From positions 434,001 to 498,000 of the forward strand of contig OU015566.1 in NCBI GenBank assembly GCA_907165135.1: a stretch of 64,000 nt of DNA. The letters run 5' to 3'. This stretch comes from Oikopleura dioica. Taxonomy: Eukaryota > Animalia > Chordata. Shown here piece by piece: positions 12,601 through 26,528 of this stretch; position 1 is the first letter of the stretch; the number at the start of each line of letters is the position of its first letter. A program made the translations under genes and the position numbers. The notes under the pieces are model-generated. The model did not search any database, was not told the DNA's origin, and was given only the letters and a program-made list of their open reading frames with translations.

Positions 12601-14845
12601 GTAGATAATTCCTAAATTAAAGTCGAGAAGAGTTGATTGGATTTGAATTCTCACCCATATTGATGTAATATAAACCAGTCAGTGCAGCAATGATAACAGG
12701 GATCATAAATTTTATTCGTTTCTGAATAATTCTATTATGATATTCATATAACAGTCTCTACTAATTTGGGGCGGCGATGTTACACGCCAGTTTAAAAATC
12801 TACTGCCGGGACAAACAAAATAAATACGGATACACAGCCTCAAAATTAAATTAAAAAAAAAATCAAGTTTCTGCGTGGCGTTAAGAAGATTATTATCGAT
12901 GCCGTAATAAAAAGAGACCAATAACCGGTTTTTCGAATTCGCTTCGCTCCAAAACCGCAAAAGTCCCAGTGTGAATTCGGACCGCTGGCCGATCTGATAC
13001 CGATCCGTAGGTGTAATGGCAGAAAAATCGAGCCTATGATCACCTTTTAAAAACTTCCAATATGATTCAGAGTTAGAATCGCTAGATTCTGGCGATCATT
13101 TTGGTACCAAGATCATCAGAATCGGACTAGATTTTCGACCGAATACTCCATTATGCCTATTGTCCCTGTTTAAAGAGCAGGTTCTGTTCTACCAGAATCG
13201 ATTCACAGAAGTTGTGAACAGGGACTCTAGCGAGGACCAGTGCCTAAAGATGCCCGAAAAATGAGTAAAATCGAGGTGAAATCGTTGGTCTGAGTTCTGA
13301 GAGGCCAAACTTTACGTTGATTATGCCCTATTTTTTCGGCTTCTTTCGACGCTGGAGTATTCATCCCTTTCCGGGCGCTCGGAGTCTGAAAAACCAAAAT
13401 GAAGTTCAGAGGCTCATTATCGGTCGAAAATCTAGTAAGATTCTGATGATCTTGGTAGTACCAAAATGATCGTCAGAATCAACCATCGTGGCCTTTTTCT
13501 ACGGCGCCTATGACTCATAAAAAAAGGTAAGCCAGCGCGCGTAACGCATACTTTCTCTCGAAGTCACATCCAATGGGGAAAGTCGATCTTGCAACGTGGC
13601 CTTGACTTTCCTCTTTTTTTAATGAGTCATAGGTGCCGTAAGAAAATCCACGATTGTAGCGATTCTAACTCTAAATCATATTGGAAATTTAAAATAGGCG
13701 ATCATGGGGTCGATTTTTCTACCGATCCGATCAGAGGTCCAAATGTGAAAAGAAATCGCGAGTGCAAAGTGACTGCCAGCTTTTTTTAAATTGCAACTGC
13801 GACTGTAAATTGACTGCAAAAAACTGCCGATTTCGATGTTATTTATATAAATTTTTAAACTCAAACTTAGCTTAAAACAGTCTCTTTTACAAATTTTCCA
13901 TATGAAAGAAACATTATCTAATATTAAAATGTCTCTTTTGATAAGATAATGTAATACAATAGGTCTCGGAAGCAAAATTTGCCACATAAATATTTTTTGA
14001 AGAGGCAGTAGGTTGGCAGCACGGTCAGTATTGAAAATGGCACGAATTTGCTGAAAATGGCACGAAAGTCGAGACAAATTTTTTTGTGCATTGAAATCAC
14101 TCGTTTCGGCAAAAATGAGTTATTTTAATGATACTTAAAAGTGTAGCGATCGGACCAACTCAATGAAACATAATCAGGCGCGGAGCGCATATATACCCTG
14201 ATTTAAGTAGTTGGGTAGTAGTTATGCTAGGTTAGGTTTATGGATTAGGGTTAGGGCTAGGCTTGAAAACAGAAACAAACGAATTATTCGTTTTTAAAAA
14301 CGAATAATTCACCGTAAATTTATTGTACTTTTTTGAAAAAACGAATAATTCACCGTTAGCTTATTGTACTTTTTTCTGTATTTATCGAACCATTCAGTTG
14401 CCTTGAAGGCCGAAAACTTGCAAATAAAATTTCAAAAGCAACATCTTAAGATTTGTTACTTTGAACGGCAAAAACTGCAATTTTGTTGCGAACAAGTTTA
14501 TGGATTTTAAATTAAAATTTTGATATTTTACAATCTTATTACCTTAAGAATTGCTTTTTTCTTCAGTTTTGGCGCTTTTTCTGGAATCTCTGGAAACTCA
14601 TCAGGGTTGAGAGCGACTTTTTCTGTTTCAACTTTTAAAGCTGGTTGCGCAACTTGGGCATTTTGAGCATACATAGGCTGAACTGGTGCTTGTTGAGGAA
14701 TTGGTTGGCCATAAGCATCAACTTGAGGAGCAGGTGCATACATGGGTTGAACAGGTGCTTGTTGAGGAATTGGCTGAGGAGCTATTTGAGGAGCTGGAGC
14801 ATATTGAGGTTGATACTGCTGAGCAGCAACCTGAGGCGCGTGCAT
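9607..14845 (-). CDS. Type II membrane protein with Gln/Pro/Ala repeat N-terminus and CUB-like domain (cluster gene 2)
   Basis: Exons 14845-14543 (MHAPQVAAQQYQPQY...KKKAILK), 12721-12655 (TM: KRIKFMIPVIIAALTGLYYINM), 12611-~12546, 12072-11952, 11645-11524 (LDIDPECGDYLQIETVEENICGYSY), 9938-9791 (IDVYWHSDENPNEDQHAGFELWIW), 9749-9607 (stop). One junction (12546/12072) is unresolved; the others are GT-AG and in phase. Confidence 0.75.
10190..10530. repeat. Degenerate (TCTAG)n / AGTCT-rich repeat element
   Basis: Many tctagtctag and gtcttagtctag units; complementary agactaggctagg units at about 10700. Confidence 0.6.
14174..14370 (+). repeat. Dispersed repeat with telomere-like GGTTAGGG units and ACGAATAATTCGT palindromes
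   Basis: Reverse-complement homolog at about 18150-18377; the terminal motif atcaggcgcggagcgca also occurs at 10862. Confidence 0.7.
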
Positions 14846-16562
14846 TTTACTTTTTTACAAACTGAATTTGTATCCCGTGCTTTCTTATAAAAATACCCGC
14901 ATTCTAGAGAAGTGAAACCAAAAAAAAGCTTGTAAGAAGAATTCAAGAGGCAAGATTCTCTTGTCAAACGTTTATTAATTTAATAGTTTTTGTTCTGAGT
15001 CATAAATCCCTGATAATAATAAATGGCGGTAGAGTTTGGTCAAATCTTGTACCGCTCTTTGAAAGATATAAAATGAAAAGTCCGATTCTGTCTTTTGATT
15101 TTCAAGGGTATGGTACGCGCAGAGGCGATCTCCTCAGGCCCTATCAATACTGGGAAAGCGTACAACAGCTCAAAATGAAGTTCTATCCTTGATCTTCTGA
15201 TTTACACGAGCTTTTATCGGAATTCAAACAAAAATGTCACGTGCGGGTGGCTTCAAGTTGCCGTCTCGGTCAAAAAACGCGAAATAAGCCTATATTCAGA
15301 GGAGATCTCCTCTGAAATTACAAAAGGAAGCCCCCCCCCAAAATCATTTTTTATAAGAAAAGTTTGGAGCCTTATCTTTAATATGATATGAGCTTTTTTC
15401 AATCGGTCAAAAATTTTTATGTTAAAAATTTTAAAGTACGAAGCTACTTCAAGAAAGATTCCTGCTTGCCCAGATCTACTCAGATCTACCGGAAGAGACG
15501 ATTTCTTCTTCCTCTTACTGCGTTTAACGTGTCTTTTTATACTAAAAAGTGCTCATAAGCCTTGTAAAAATCTAGTTTGACTTTTAAAATTTTGCAAAAA
15601 AATTTTTTTTCGGGCAGAGTGAACAGCTCACTCTAGAGTGAACAGTGAACAGGGGTTTTCGGCGGATCTCGAACCCTCCTGCTGGGCGTGCGCTAGAAAT
15701 TTTTGTTTGTATGACTTGTATCGCTTGTTAGTACTGTTTCAGTTTTGCGCCTAAGGTGGAATCTGTAGAAAATTTTATACGCTTTTGAATTGTGCAGGTT
15801 TCTGAAAGATCATATAAAATTTGCAGGACTAGATGCCTTTTGAAGTTGCGCCCCTTTTTGGATCTAGCTCATCAATGTATAGTCATGGAGAAAAACGGAA
15901 AGCTGAATGAAAAAGCTGAAGAGCTGTAGATATCAAATGCAATAAGAAAATAACAAAAATCTTTTAAACAAGAATATCTGCGGGCGCTTGAAAATCGGGG
16001 CGGCGCTATCTAGCCGGGTCCCTTAATCATCACCGTCGAAAAAACAAATCTCATTTTTTTCAATCTAGAAATTTTAAGTATTTAATTATTGATTTGAATA
16101 ACAAGGCAATCTTCAGAAAAACCCTTTTTTCGTAAAAAAATTGATTTTGACAATAAATAAGGATGCCAAAGTATTTTCTAAAATTTCAAAAGAAGAAACA
16201 AATTGTCTTTAAATAATTTTTTTAATGTAAAAATAAAACAATGATGATAAATCGGCTGAAAAAGAGCAATTTTTATGATTTTGAGTTATTTTTTCATAAA
16301 AATGGAAAAATTTTCATTTTTTTTTGACACAGGTAGTTTGAGAGCAGAGATATTTTTACGATTAGCATTGTTTTACTAAGCTGATCATCGAAATTTGGCA
16401 AAATTTTTGAATTTTTGAGTAAAAAATAAGCATATTTTTGTTTTCAACGAAATTCTCGGAAAAACACGATATTCTCTAGAATATGTTTTGTAAATTGTAA
16501 TTTTGAACAAAATCATTCAGTTTGCAATTGACTCAATTGCGGGAAGGACATAATCTGCAAAA

Positions 16563-19500
16563 ATGATTATGAATGTCCAGCAAAATGCTGGTGCTCCAGG
16601 TATGAATAAAAAAGAACTTTAGCTGAAAGTCTATCGGAAGGGTGAGGGCATTAAGAATTTGCTGCGAATTGATTTCTTTTAGAATTATTCAGCTTAAATT
16701 CGTTCACCGTTCGTTCATCGTGTTTTAAAGAGACAAAATTTAGATAAATTAGATTTGAAATTTAAAATTAAATGGCGACTGCCTCTGATGTACATTCTGC
16801 AATTTGGCTGTTAATTTCGAAGAATTCCAATTTTGATTTAATTGACACTGTCATTGACAGAAAATAAAATCGAGCTTAATACTTCTTAACCTTTAAACAA
16901 TTGACTCTTTTGAAATCGTTTTCTTACTATTTTATTTTAAAGAAAAAAATGATTTTTGACGAAATAGCAGTTGACAGCAAAGTTCCAAATGTAGCAATAA
17001 TTGCTGCTACATGCTACACGTGATACATCCCTCAAAAAAATTCCCTGCTACATGCTGCACTTGCTTCATAAGAAATATTCTATCGCGGAATTTTTAAAGT
17101 CAAACTAGATTGCTTCTTTGTTTATAAGCACTAAAAGGTCCCAAAAGAGACGTTATTAGTAGCGAGAAGCTAAAAAATCGTCTCTTTCGACAGATATTAC
17201 TGTAAAATGTATCTGTCATATTTTTGTTTTTGCAATATTGCATTCTAGAACAAAATTGTTCCTTTTTCACTAAAATTTTCTGCTGAATTTTTGGGTCGAT
17301 ACTTATAAATCTGCTCTGAAATAGATAATTCGCTGAATAAATTATGAGCAGAAAAAATAAGAGGGTCACTTCGTGAAAAAATTTTGAAAACACTGACAAG
17401 AAATCCGATTTTTGATAATCCCCGAATGTGAGATACTTTCACAGAGTTTAAGAAAGCGCAATAAATAACTTATAACCTTTAATTATTTTTTAGCCTACCA
17501 GCCTCCAGCGCCGGCTCCGGCACCAGTTGTGATCCAGGAAAAGAAGTCAAACACTTGTTGCATCGTCACAACCATCTTGATCTGCCTCTGTATCGGTGTC
17601 CCGCTCATTCTCTTCCTCACACTTGTTGTGTTTGCTACTGCTGCAGTTAGCGAGTAAGTTATCTCAGATTCCTTAAAGTCAATTTTTCATGATTATAAAC
17701 CTAAGAATGATTAATTGGATTAAGAGCAAAATTATTGATATTCTCATTCCTTATATTCTAGATATGAAAATTTTTATTTCAAATGCATAAAAATGATTAA
17801 TCAAACTCAAAAATTTGTATTCAGAATCAACGATCACTTGGCTACTGCTTCCCCTCCACCTGGATGGAACTCCACCTACTCTTATTCCACCTACTCTTAT
17901 CCTAGCTCTTCTTCCACTCCAGCTGCCTTTGCGACTTCGTTCACTTCGATGGGCTCAATCGACTCTTCTACCGTTGACATTTGCGCTGGCGATAACGAGT
18001 ACTCTGTTTCTTCTGGTGGTACTTTTGAGTAAGTTTTTTCTTTGCTGAGCGGTTGGCACAAAAACTCGTCAGTTGGTATCAACTGATTTAACCCGCTGCC
18101 GAGCGCGTAGCATCCTAAATTGTACAAGCCCTTTTTATGGTAACCGGTGAAAATAATTCGTTAGAACGAATAATTTGTTTTCCTAACGAATAATTCTTTA
18201 CATACCGAATGATTCGTTGTTTCCAACGAATAATTCGTTTTTTAAAACGAATAATTCGTTTGTTTTTGTTTTCAAGCCTAACCCTCACCCTAACCCATAA
18301 ACCTAACCCTAACCCTAACCTAGCATAACTACTACCCAACTACATAAATCAGGGTATATATGCGCTCCGCGCCTGATTTCAGAGATAAATAAAGAGCTGT
18401 CTTTCTTTCAGCCGCACCTTTAGTCAGTTCTTTATGAAAAATTGAGTTGTGAACCAAGCGGGAGGACCGCCTTTCAAAACGAATAATTCTGTAACCCTAA
18501 CGAATTATTCGGTAACCCTAACGAATTATTCGTTTTAAACGAATTTTTTACGAAAAATAGCTGTTTTCCCTTGAAAATAATTCGTTAGGGCAACGAATAA
18601 TTCGTTGCAACGAATTATTTTCACCGGCGACGCTTTTTATGCTTTTTAAGGCAAACTTAACATTGAGATTTCTCAAAATTTTCTTGTTTATATAAAATTT
18701 TAACCTTTTTCAAATAGATCTTACGATTTGAAATTACAAAAATATTTTTGTTTGCCGCTAGAAAATGGGAAAGAAGAAGTGAAGTCAGCCCTTGCGGCGC
18801 TTCTTTCCTATTATTTTGCGACGCGACATTGTCTTTTTCTCTAGACTTGATCAAGAGCGCCGCTAAAGAAACCGTCATTCTTTCTCGATTATCGGTCCTT
18901 TTCCTCTTCGGAAACTTTGTAAAAAGTGTAAATCTTATAGAAGAGGCTTTAGTGAATATCCAAAAGAAAATATCATGAATAAAGACAAAGTAAAATGGGG
19001 AGAAAAATGCGCTTACTGTCGTAGCATTCCGAAACTCCGGAATCCGAATGCTTCGCTTACGGCAAGCCAATGTAGTTGAACGCTCGGCAACGGGATAGAA
19101 ACTAAAGCCTTGATGCGTGGCGTAAAAACGACGCGCGTCTCTCGAATATTCATAACAAACAAAATTTCAAACTATTCGTACTACATAAAGAACCTTTAGA
19201 AAAAACGTCGTCAATAATATAAATGTCTCTTTTAAAAAAAATATAAATCAAATAAATGTCAAAATTTGCAGCTTCTAGTGGCAGTCTTAGTTGTACCAAC
19301 AACTAAGATGGGAGATACAGTGGGTTGCGCAGGTAGTTTCCCTCTTAATCTTACGACGACAAATGTGCCATATATGACACAAAAATTTTAAACGCCCATT
19401 TTTCTCTCTTCTATCACTTCAATTTCTTCCATTTCATTCATTTTTGGTCATTGGTCTGGGATTGACACTAGGTTCATGGTCGAGTTAAGGTTTCGGGCTG

Positions 19501-21729
19501 TGTTTTGGTTTGGGTTAAGGTTTGGTTTCGGGCATTCTATTGCTCAAAAAATGGCGTTAAAGTTCATGTGCCATATATGGCACAGTTGTCGTCAGCGGGT
19601 GAATTTCCGCTTTGGTTAAGAGCGGGCCAAGAGCAACGAATCCTGCAATCATTTTAAGCGAGTCTAGAAAGGAATAATAAAAAAGCGCGGGCAAAGTGGC
19701 AACCAAAGCTGCAATCCGAAAGGGGCAACTACCTGCGAAACCCACTGTATGCCGTCAATCAAAAAAAGATTTATCAAAAAAGCTTCACAAATAAATTTAA
19801 CGAAATATTTTAGATCACCAAACTACCCCAGTCCTTACAACAACGACGCCGCCTGCACGAATAAATTCACCTCTTCTTCCGATGGTATAACGTTTGCAAT
19901 TGTCAACTTCCACACTGAAGCTGGTTATGATGAACTTACTTTCCGGGGTGATGATGCAACTGAATATGCTTTCACCGGATTTGTTTCAAATGTAAGTCAT
20001 TTTTTTTCTTGATGAATTTTGAACATACTCGTTCAATGATTTTGATTTTGAATATTTGTAACGCCGTTACAATTTAAACTACTTGTAATGTAGCCGCCCT
20101 ACACCCCAAAAATGTTGCTTTTTGATCTAGGAATCCAAAAATATTTCTCGACCACCTTCCCCTTAAGTTCTAAAGATATAGGTTGAGCGTAATAGCGTTA
20201 ATAGCGATTAAAAGGTTTTATCGACAAAAATTGTCGAGCTCCAGTTGCGGAGTTAAGGGACTACCCGCAGCGAGCTCGCGCCGCTTTTCATGAGCGCAGA
20301 ATTTTTTCTTACCTACTTCAAATTTAATGAATTTCAGATCTAGTGTAAATTTTTCTCCTCTTTCGTCTCAAATTCGAATTTTTTTCATATCATGATTTTT
20401 AATTTCAGGAGGCAGAAAAAGTGACGCTCAACTTCAATAGGAATCAGCTTCTAAAATATTTGTCACTCGAAGTTACAAATACCCTCATCGAAAAGCGCAT
20501 TCAATTTTGACCAGGTCCAAGTTCGCGTGGTCTTAAAATTTAGCTTATATCAGGTCATTATGCGGGGATAAGTGCAGTATCTTGGTGTGAAGCCGGTGTC
20601 TCGCCTATTCAGCGAAAATAGTGCAAATTTCCCGCCGCGCGAAGGGGGTTTTTTGATAAATCCCCTGATGACGATCTTATACAAACAAAAATCGAAGACC
20701 ACGCGAACGTGGACATGGTCAAAATTGAATGCGCTTTTCGATGAGGGTATTCATAACTTCGAGTGACTAGTATTTTAGGAGCTGATTTCTTTTGAAGTTG
20801 AGCGTCACTTTTTCTCCCCCCTGAATTCAAAAATTATAATATGAAAAAAATTCATATTGGAGATCAAAGAGGAGAAAAATCTACACTAGATCCTATATTT
20901 TCATGAAATTTGAAGAAGGTAAGAAAAAGTTCTGCGCTCGTGAAAAGCGGCGCGGTGGTCCCTAAACTCGCTGCGGGGTGTCCCTTAAAAAAGGTTTCAC
21001 TAAATATTTTCTATTGCGAAGAAAAAAGGAAGGAATTATTCGATTTTTTAGAAAAATCGAGTCTCATTCTCGACCACCACCCAATCGCCTCCTAAAATTT
21101 TGTCGTCAGAATCTAAGAGGCGCCGTCAATATGGATTTTTAGGGGGTTTCAAAAAACCATCATTCAAATAGTGCCCATATCAATAATCTTTTTAAGAAAC
21201 AATAGACTTGAGCCAAAAATTTTATGATAAAAATTAGTTTTAGGGCTCAAACTGAGAAAATTGTTAAAAATGGCCATTTTCTGCCAATTTTCACGAAAAG
21301 GCCCTTTTTGGCAAAAATTTTTTCTAGTTTTTGAATATTGATGACCTCCCTGAAAATTGATAAATCGAAAAAAAGTTGACGATTTGTCAATAATTCATTT
21401 CGTAAGAAACTTTCTCATGATTTTAAGCGTCACATGATCATATCTTTTGCAAAAGATCCAACATGGTCCAAGTGAGAACCACTAGCGCTTATCAAATTTG
21501 AGTAGCTCCTAACAAGAAATATAAGATACACAAAATTAACATTCAAATTCAGTCAACACGATTCTCCTTTTCTTCTTCTTACGTCGAGGCCCACTTCAGC
21601 AGTGATTACGCGTTCGCTTATTCTGGTTTCCAAATTGATGTTATCGACGGCTACGAACCATCAAATGAAGTGAGCATGGTCTGGCCGAACGTCAGATTCA
21701 CTGGCGAAAAACCACCAAAGGAAGAATAA
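16563..21729 (+). CDS. Type II membrane CUB-domain protein (cluster gene 3, complete model)
   Basis: Exons 16563-16599, 17494-17653 (APAPAPVVIQEKKSNTCCIVTTILICLCIGVPLILFLTLVVF), 17825-18028, 19814-19991 (SPNYPSPYNNDAACTNKF...FHTEAGYDELTF), 21553-21729 (HFSSDYAFAYSGFQIDV...KPPKEE*). All junctions are GT-AG and in phase. SPNYP, F.TE..YD and F.SD...GF are CUB hallmarks. Confidence 0.9.
19318..19747. mobile_element. TA-flanked Tc1/mariner-type MITE
   Basis: TA|CAGTGGGTTGCGCAGGTAGTT ... AACTACCTGCGAAACCCACTG|TA. Confidence 0.8.
20257..20984. mobile_element. TTAA-flanked, largely palindromic MITE
   Basis: TTAA|GGGAC...GTCCC|TTAA; inverted arms continue inward, including about 130-bp arms at 20404-20535 / 20695-20826. 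Confidence 0.8.
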
Positions 21730-22265
21730 AAAAAGTTAAGAAACTGGCATTTTATATCACCTGCAATAGTCAATAAACGAGTATATCTTTACCGGACAAA
21801 CGAAAAAAAAAATCAAAAGTTTTAAATCAAAGCTCTTGATAAATGATTTTTTTTTATTTAATTTTAAGCTTTCGAATTATACAGACATGAGCATTCTGCT
21901 TTATTTCTGTCAACCCAAATGATTCAAATAATGGATAAATTGGCTGCAAATTTTATGATTGTAGGCGGTCACGAGGAGACTTTACTCCCAGATAGCAGAA
22001 ATTCGAACAAGGAGACTTTTTTCTCCCATTGAAGGAGTAGTGGGCGATTTGTTAAATTTTCGAATTTCAAATTTTTTAATTTTAGAAAGACAACGTCAAG
22101 AACATCAAAAAAGGTTCGGGAGCTTTTTTCTCAACGACAGCGAAAGATTGTGAAAAACGAGTTTAAAAATTGGCATTTTTGAGAGAATTCGTTGAATCAT
22201 ATTTTTTAAGATTTGAAAAATGCATTTATTTTAATATTTTAAGAAAGCTCACGACTCGCGTTGTA

Positions 22266-22700
22266 CAGTGGGTATGGTCAAATTAGCAGGTAGTTTTTTT
22301 GGCAGATTTCGACAAAATATGCTAAATTGACCATTTTCTCAGAAAATGGTCAATCAAAATCTGTTCATCAAAATCACTCCCTAGGTTTCATTACTTACTT
22401 TCTTACACGCACTTCTTGTGTCTCATCCTATCTTAATTGTTCCTTTTCTTGGTTTACTCTTCAAATTGTTGGGGAGGGGTCGAAACGGTTGTCTCTTCGA
22501 ACAGTTCGGGATCCCGAACCATTCGGGATTCTCTGAATGATTCGGGAGTGTAAGGAACTTTCATCTAACGGAAGGGTCAAATTTTCGCATGATTAAATGG
22601 CCAAGTTTTTTTTTCCGGGAAAATAAGGATTTTTCAAAATTTTTTCGATTTTGAGCAAAATCTGCTAATTTGACCGCTGCTAAATTGACCATACCAACTG
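22266..22700. mobile_element. TA-flanked Tc1/mariner-type MITE
   Basis: TA|CAGTGGGTATGGTCAAATTAGC ... GCTAAATTGACCATACCAACTG|TA. Confidence 0.8.
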
Positions 22701-23965
22701 TATTTTTGATCATTACAATGACTCAGTTTTCTACCTGTATTACGAGTGAGCGCATTTTGAATTTCATTTTTTGACATTACGGGAGACACTTAATTATGCC
22801 GCCTTGCGCCGCCAAGCGTCGCCCTGTCACGCCGGATCCGAAAATATTTTTTCTTTCAAAAGCGGATATTTAAAATTTTCACGTCAACTTTGTTTTTCTG
22901 TTGTATCAATATTGATTAAAATTTAATAAAGGAAAACTTTAATTGAAGATGCCAACCTTATTCAGATTTTGGCATAAAATCACTAATTTATTGAGCACGC
23001 GATGGGCAAGAGGCCCTTACGCGAGCATTTTCTTGAAGAGAACTCTTTGGGTTGGCGGGGCCCATCTCTCGCTCTTATTCATATTTGTTCCTTAGGTTAT
23101 GGTTGAGTCGGATCAGAGCCGGATGGTTTCGGACCAGGCGGCGCTGGGTCCTTTTGCCCTTTTGGTCCTAAAATGACGGGGTCAAGTCCAGAGTTCGAAA
23201 TCCGAGAAAATGTAGCTGCTACCTGGTACCACTTGCTATCAGTCACACAGGGCTGATTCCTATCTGCTACCATTGCTACCATTCAAGAAATTCTTATCTT
23301 CAGAGAATTTTGAGAGTGAACATCGATTCGAAAGTCATGGTCACTGTTCAGTCGAGTGAAGTATTCACTTTGCCAAAAACGAGACAAAATTTTTTTTCGC
23401 AAATTTTTAAAATCAAACTAGACTTTTTATTAGCCGTAAAGCCTTTTTTTCTCAAAAGAGACGTTAAAATTAGTAAGAGGAAAAAAATGGTCTCTTTCGA
23501 TAAATCTTAGTAACAAATGTTTTCACATTTTTTTTGCAATAATACATTCTAGAACAAAATTTAATTTATGACATGATTTCAACATGATGTTTATTTTACT
23601 CAATAATAAACAAGTTGTCATCAAGAACAGAGAAAAAGGGAAGATTAAAATACAAATGGTAGAAATGTTGTAACCACTTGCTTGTAACCACTTGATACCA
23701 ACTCTGATGACATTACTACCATTTGCTTCCAAAAGTGGTGTCAATGGTAACATGCTTAAATTACTTTGGGCGACCTTCAGTAACGCTAGTAGTTATTGAG
23801 AACTATTCTGCATGCATAGTTCGTTTCGATCGTTTCCCAATCAGATTGGTTTGAAAAATTAAATTTCGGCATTTGGTCGAATTTTGATGTCATACTACCG
23901 AGTTTAAAAATCAGTTTTTGAGTTTATTGAATTTTGCCTTTTTAGAGAAGGAATGATCGTTTGAT

Positions 23966-26528
23966 TTAGTTTGTTTCTTCCTTTGGTGGAGCTTCGCCGG
24001 TCAATTTAACAGAAGGATAAACCGTGTCAATATCGTTCCATGATTCGTATCCATCGATAACCATCACACGAAATCCACTCATTTGGACCATATCATCAGA
24101 GTGAAAATGAACAGTGACATCTGAATCAAAAGAAATTCGAGTTCCCTTAAATAAAAATTAAAAAAAAGAGAGATTAAAAGAATATCATACTGTTAGTTGT
24201 CCACTAAACTCATAATCTTGTCCATTGCTATCGCGGAATACAAGAAAATCATAATGTTGCTCCGTGTTAAAGGAAGTAAACTCAAAAGTGAGGCCGTCGA
24301 ACGTGGAATAAAATTTGTTGGTGCATCTTGCCATGTCTTGGTAATGGGATGGGTAGTTTTCCGATCTAAAAAAAGAGATTTTTAGAAAAAATCTCATGCG
24401 CAATCTCTGCTGACTTGCCCTAGTCATATATAAAAAAAGAATGATCGGGGAAGCTGACAAATTTAAAGTCCCAATTTTGCTTTTTTTTAATCCGAATTTT
24501 CAAAGTGAAAACAATTTGGTATAAATTTATTATACACTAGATATACTGTACTAGAATTTATCAATAAACGATATTTGTATTATAATTTGTTTAATTAACG
24601 CCGGAACGCATAAATTTTTTTCAAGGTTGAACGCAGATCGTACCAATTAATTGGTATGCCCCTTTTACCGATTTTTAACAATGAAATTGATAAGTCTACT
24701 GATTAAATGATAGAGATAAATAATTCTCAGACGCTTTGCTTCAATTTCATCCACATATTATATAATATAATTTATATTAATATAAATATGAGTAAATATG
24801 CGTTTATTCCAAATGTGTCGACAGACGACGTAATGGCGATTTATTGTTGAAAGAATAAAAAATATTCGAGTTCAAAATTTTGTTCAATAGCTAAAATCAA
24901 TAATTTTCAGAAAAATTTTTTTGACATCGGAATCGAATTCCTCGATAAAAAGTAGCTCCATAAGTGGGGGTTCATTTTTTTCTAGCGTAAAATAAAAGTT
25001 GAGTTATGTGGCTTTAAAGAACCTTGTACCAATTAATTGGTCGCCCTGCGTTTCGGCGTTTAATAAAACTGATGGCATTGATAAACCTCCTTTACATGTT
25101 TTGAGAATGAATCGTACATCGTTCCAATGTCATTATCCCTCCTCGGCCAAAGCCAATTTTCAGTCACGTTTTTAACGAGTTCATGAAAATTGTTTCCCTA
25201 TCTTTCAAAGTTATGATTTAAGGACATGAAAGAGAATAAAGATATCAGTGATTTCTGTAAATTTTATAATATCGGACGTGCACTTAGCATTCCGAATTCA
25301 CGACAAAAGAATGAGATTTGAATGGTACGATTTTCCCGCGCTTAAAAAAGGGACTTGTCTATTTTGAGATCATACTACGCATCGCAGTTAAATAAGATGA
25401 AGATATGATACCTTAATCCTAGTACAAGGCTTGTTCTACAAGCAACGTTCCATTACCGACGGATAATTATGATGCGTGAGTGGTACCGAAAATCCCTATT
25501 CATTTCAAATAACCCCTTTGATGCAAAAATATTTGAATATCTTACTCAAAATAGCCAAAGCCAGAAACATAATACATATAATCCCCATCGCAGATTCCAA
25601 AAGTTGAACCGGATATAAATGGACCGTTGGTTGAGAGTGTCGTTGCAAAGTCGTAGTTGTTGCTTTAAGCAGAGTTCGAAATCTCACAGCCTTTTTTATC
25701 GACCAAATCGGACAAAATGATTATTTTGGATATTTTTTCAACATCTCTCGCTGTTGTTGAGAAGAAAACTTTTGGACCTTTTTTCCTCCTCTTGACGTGG
25801 GCTATCTGAAAATAGAAATAAACCTTACAAATTCGAATTTTTGTCAAACTGCCCCACACCTCCATTAAGGTGTCACATTTTTTGTCCCAAGATTTGCTCA
25901 AAAATGTCCAGAAGTTTGAAACATGGCCCAAAAAAAGTCGTCCCATCAAACTCACTTAAAATTGTTCTTGTTTTCCCAAAAGTGTGATAAATTTCTCACT
26001 TTTTCTTCAAAAAAACAAAGCATAAGTAACGATGGCTTTAGTTTATCCTTCAATCTAATTTTCTGTTATAAAGAGAATGTTATTAAGAGAAATCGGATAA
26101 TTGATCAGAATTAACTCATTATTGAAATAAACTGTGGAAAAAAATTTATCTGCATTTAAAATTTGTAAATATATATTATAATAACATTACAATAAATTAT
26201 ACTATAATATATATTTATATAAAAAATATTCTATATGAAAAATTAATTTGCTTAGAATTTTAAACCCTGTCTTGAGATACCAGGTTCTGTTGGTGGACCA
26301 GATGGTGGACTTAAAAGGATATTAAATTTTGGTTGCAAATATAAAAGACTAACCCGCTAGTTGCAGCAGTAGTCGCAGCAGCGCCGACTCCAAGAAGAAC
26401 GAAGATACTGATGAAGATGCAAGGGCAGAAGATGCAGCCTATAATAACGTAGCAGACTGCATTGTTGCTAGATTTTTGCTGTTGGATGACAACCGGAGCT
26501 GGAGCTGGTGAGGGTGGAGCCGACGGAG
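23966..26528 (-). CDS. Type II membrane CUB-domain protein, paralog of 16563-21729 (cluster gene 4; first exon not located)
   Basis: Exons 26528-26354 (APAPVVIQQQKSSNNAVCYVIIGCIFCPCIFISIFVLLGVG), 26309-26281, 25662-25546 (phase mismatch with previous exon, so an exon is probably missing), 24365-24191 (SENYPSHYQDMARCTNKF...FNTEQHYDFLVF), 24145-23966 (VHFHSDD...SGFRV...GEAPPKEETN*). Exon-by-exon homology with gene 3. Confidence 0.85.

Noticed and set aside
18115-18339. Telomere-like TTAGGG tract or a real ORF
   Set aside because: Short and degenerate, and part of a dispersed repeat also present at about 14174-14370; not a chromosome end or a gene.
18657-19070. 137-aa ORF nested in the gene 3 intron
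   Set aside because: No recognisable motifs or supporting splice structure.
21850-21890. CGAAAGCTT near AATAAA on the minus strand
   Set aside because: No upstream CUGANGA core.
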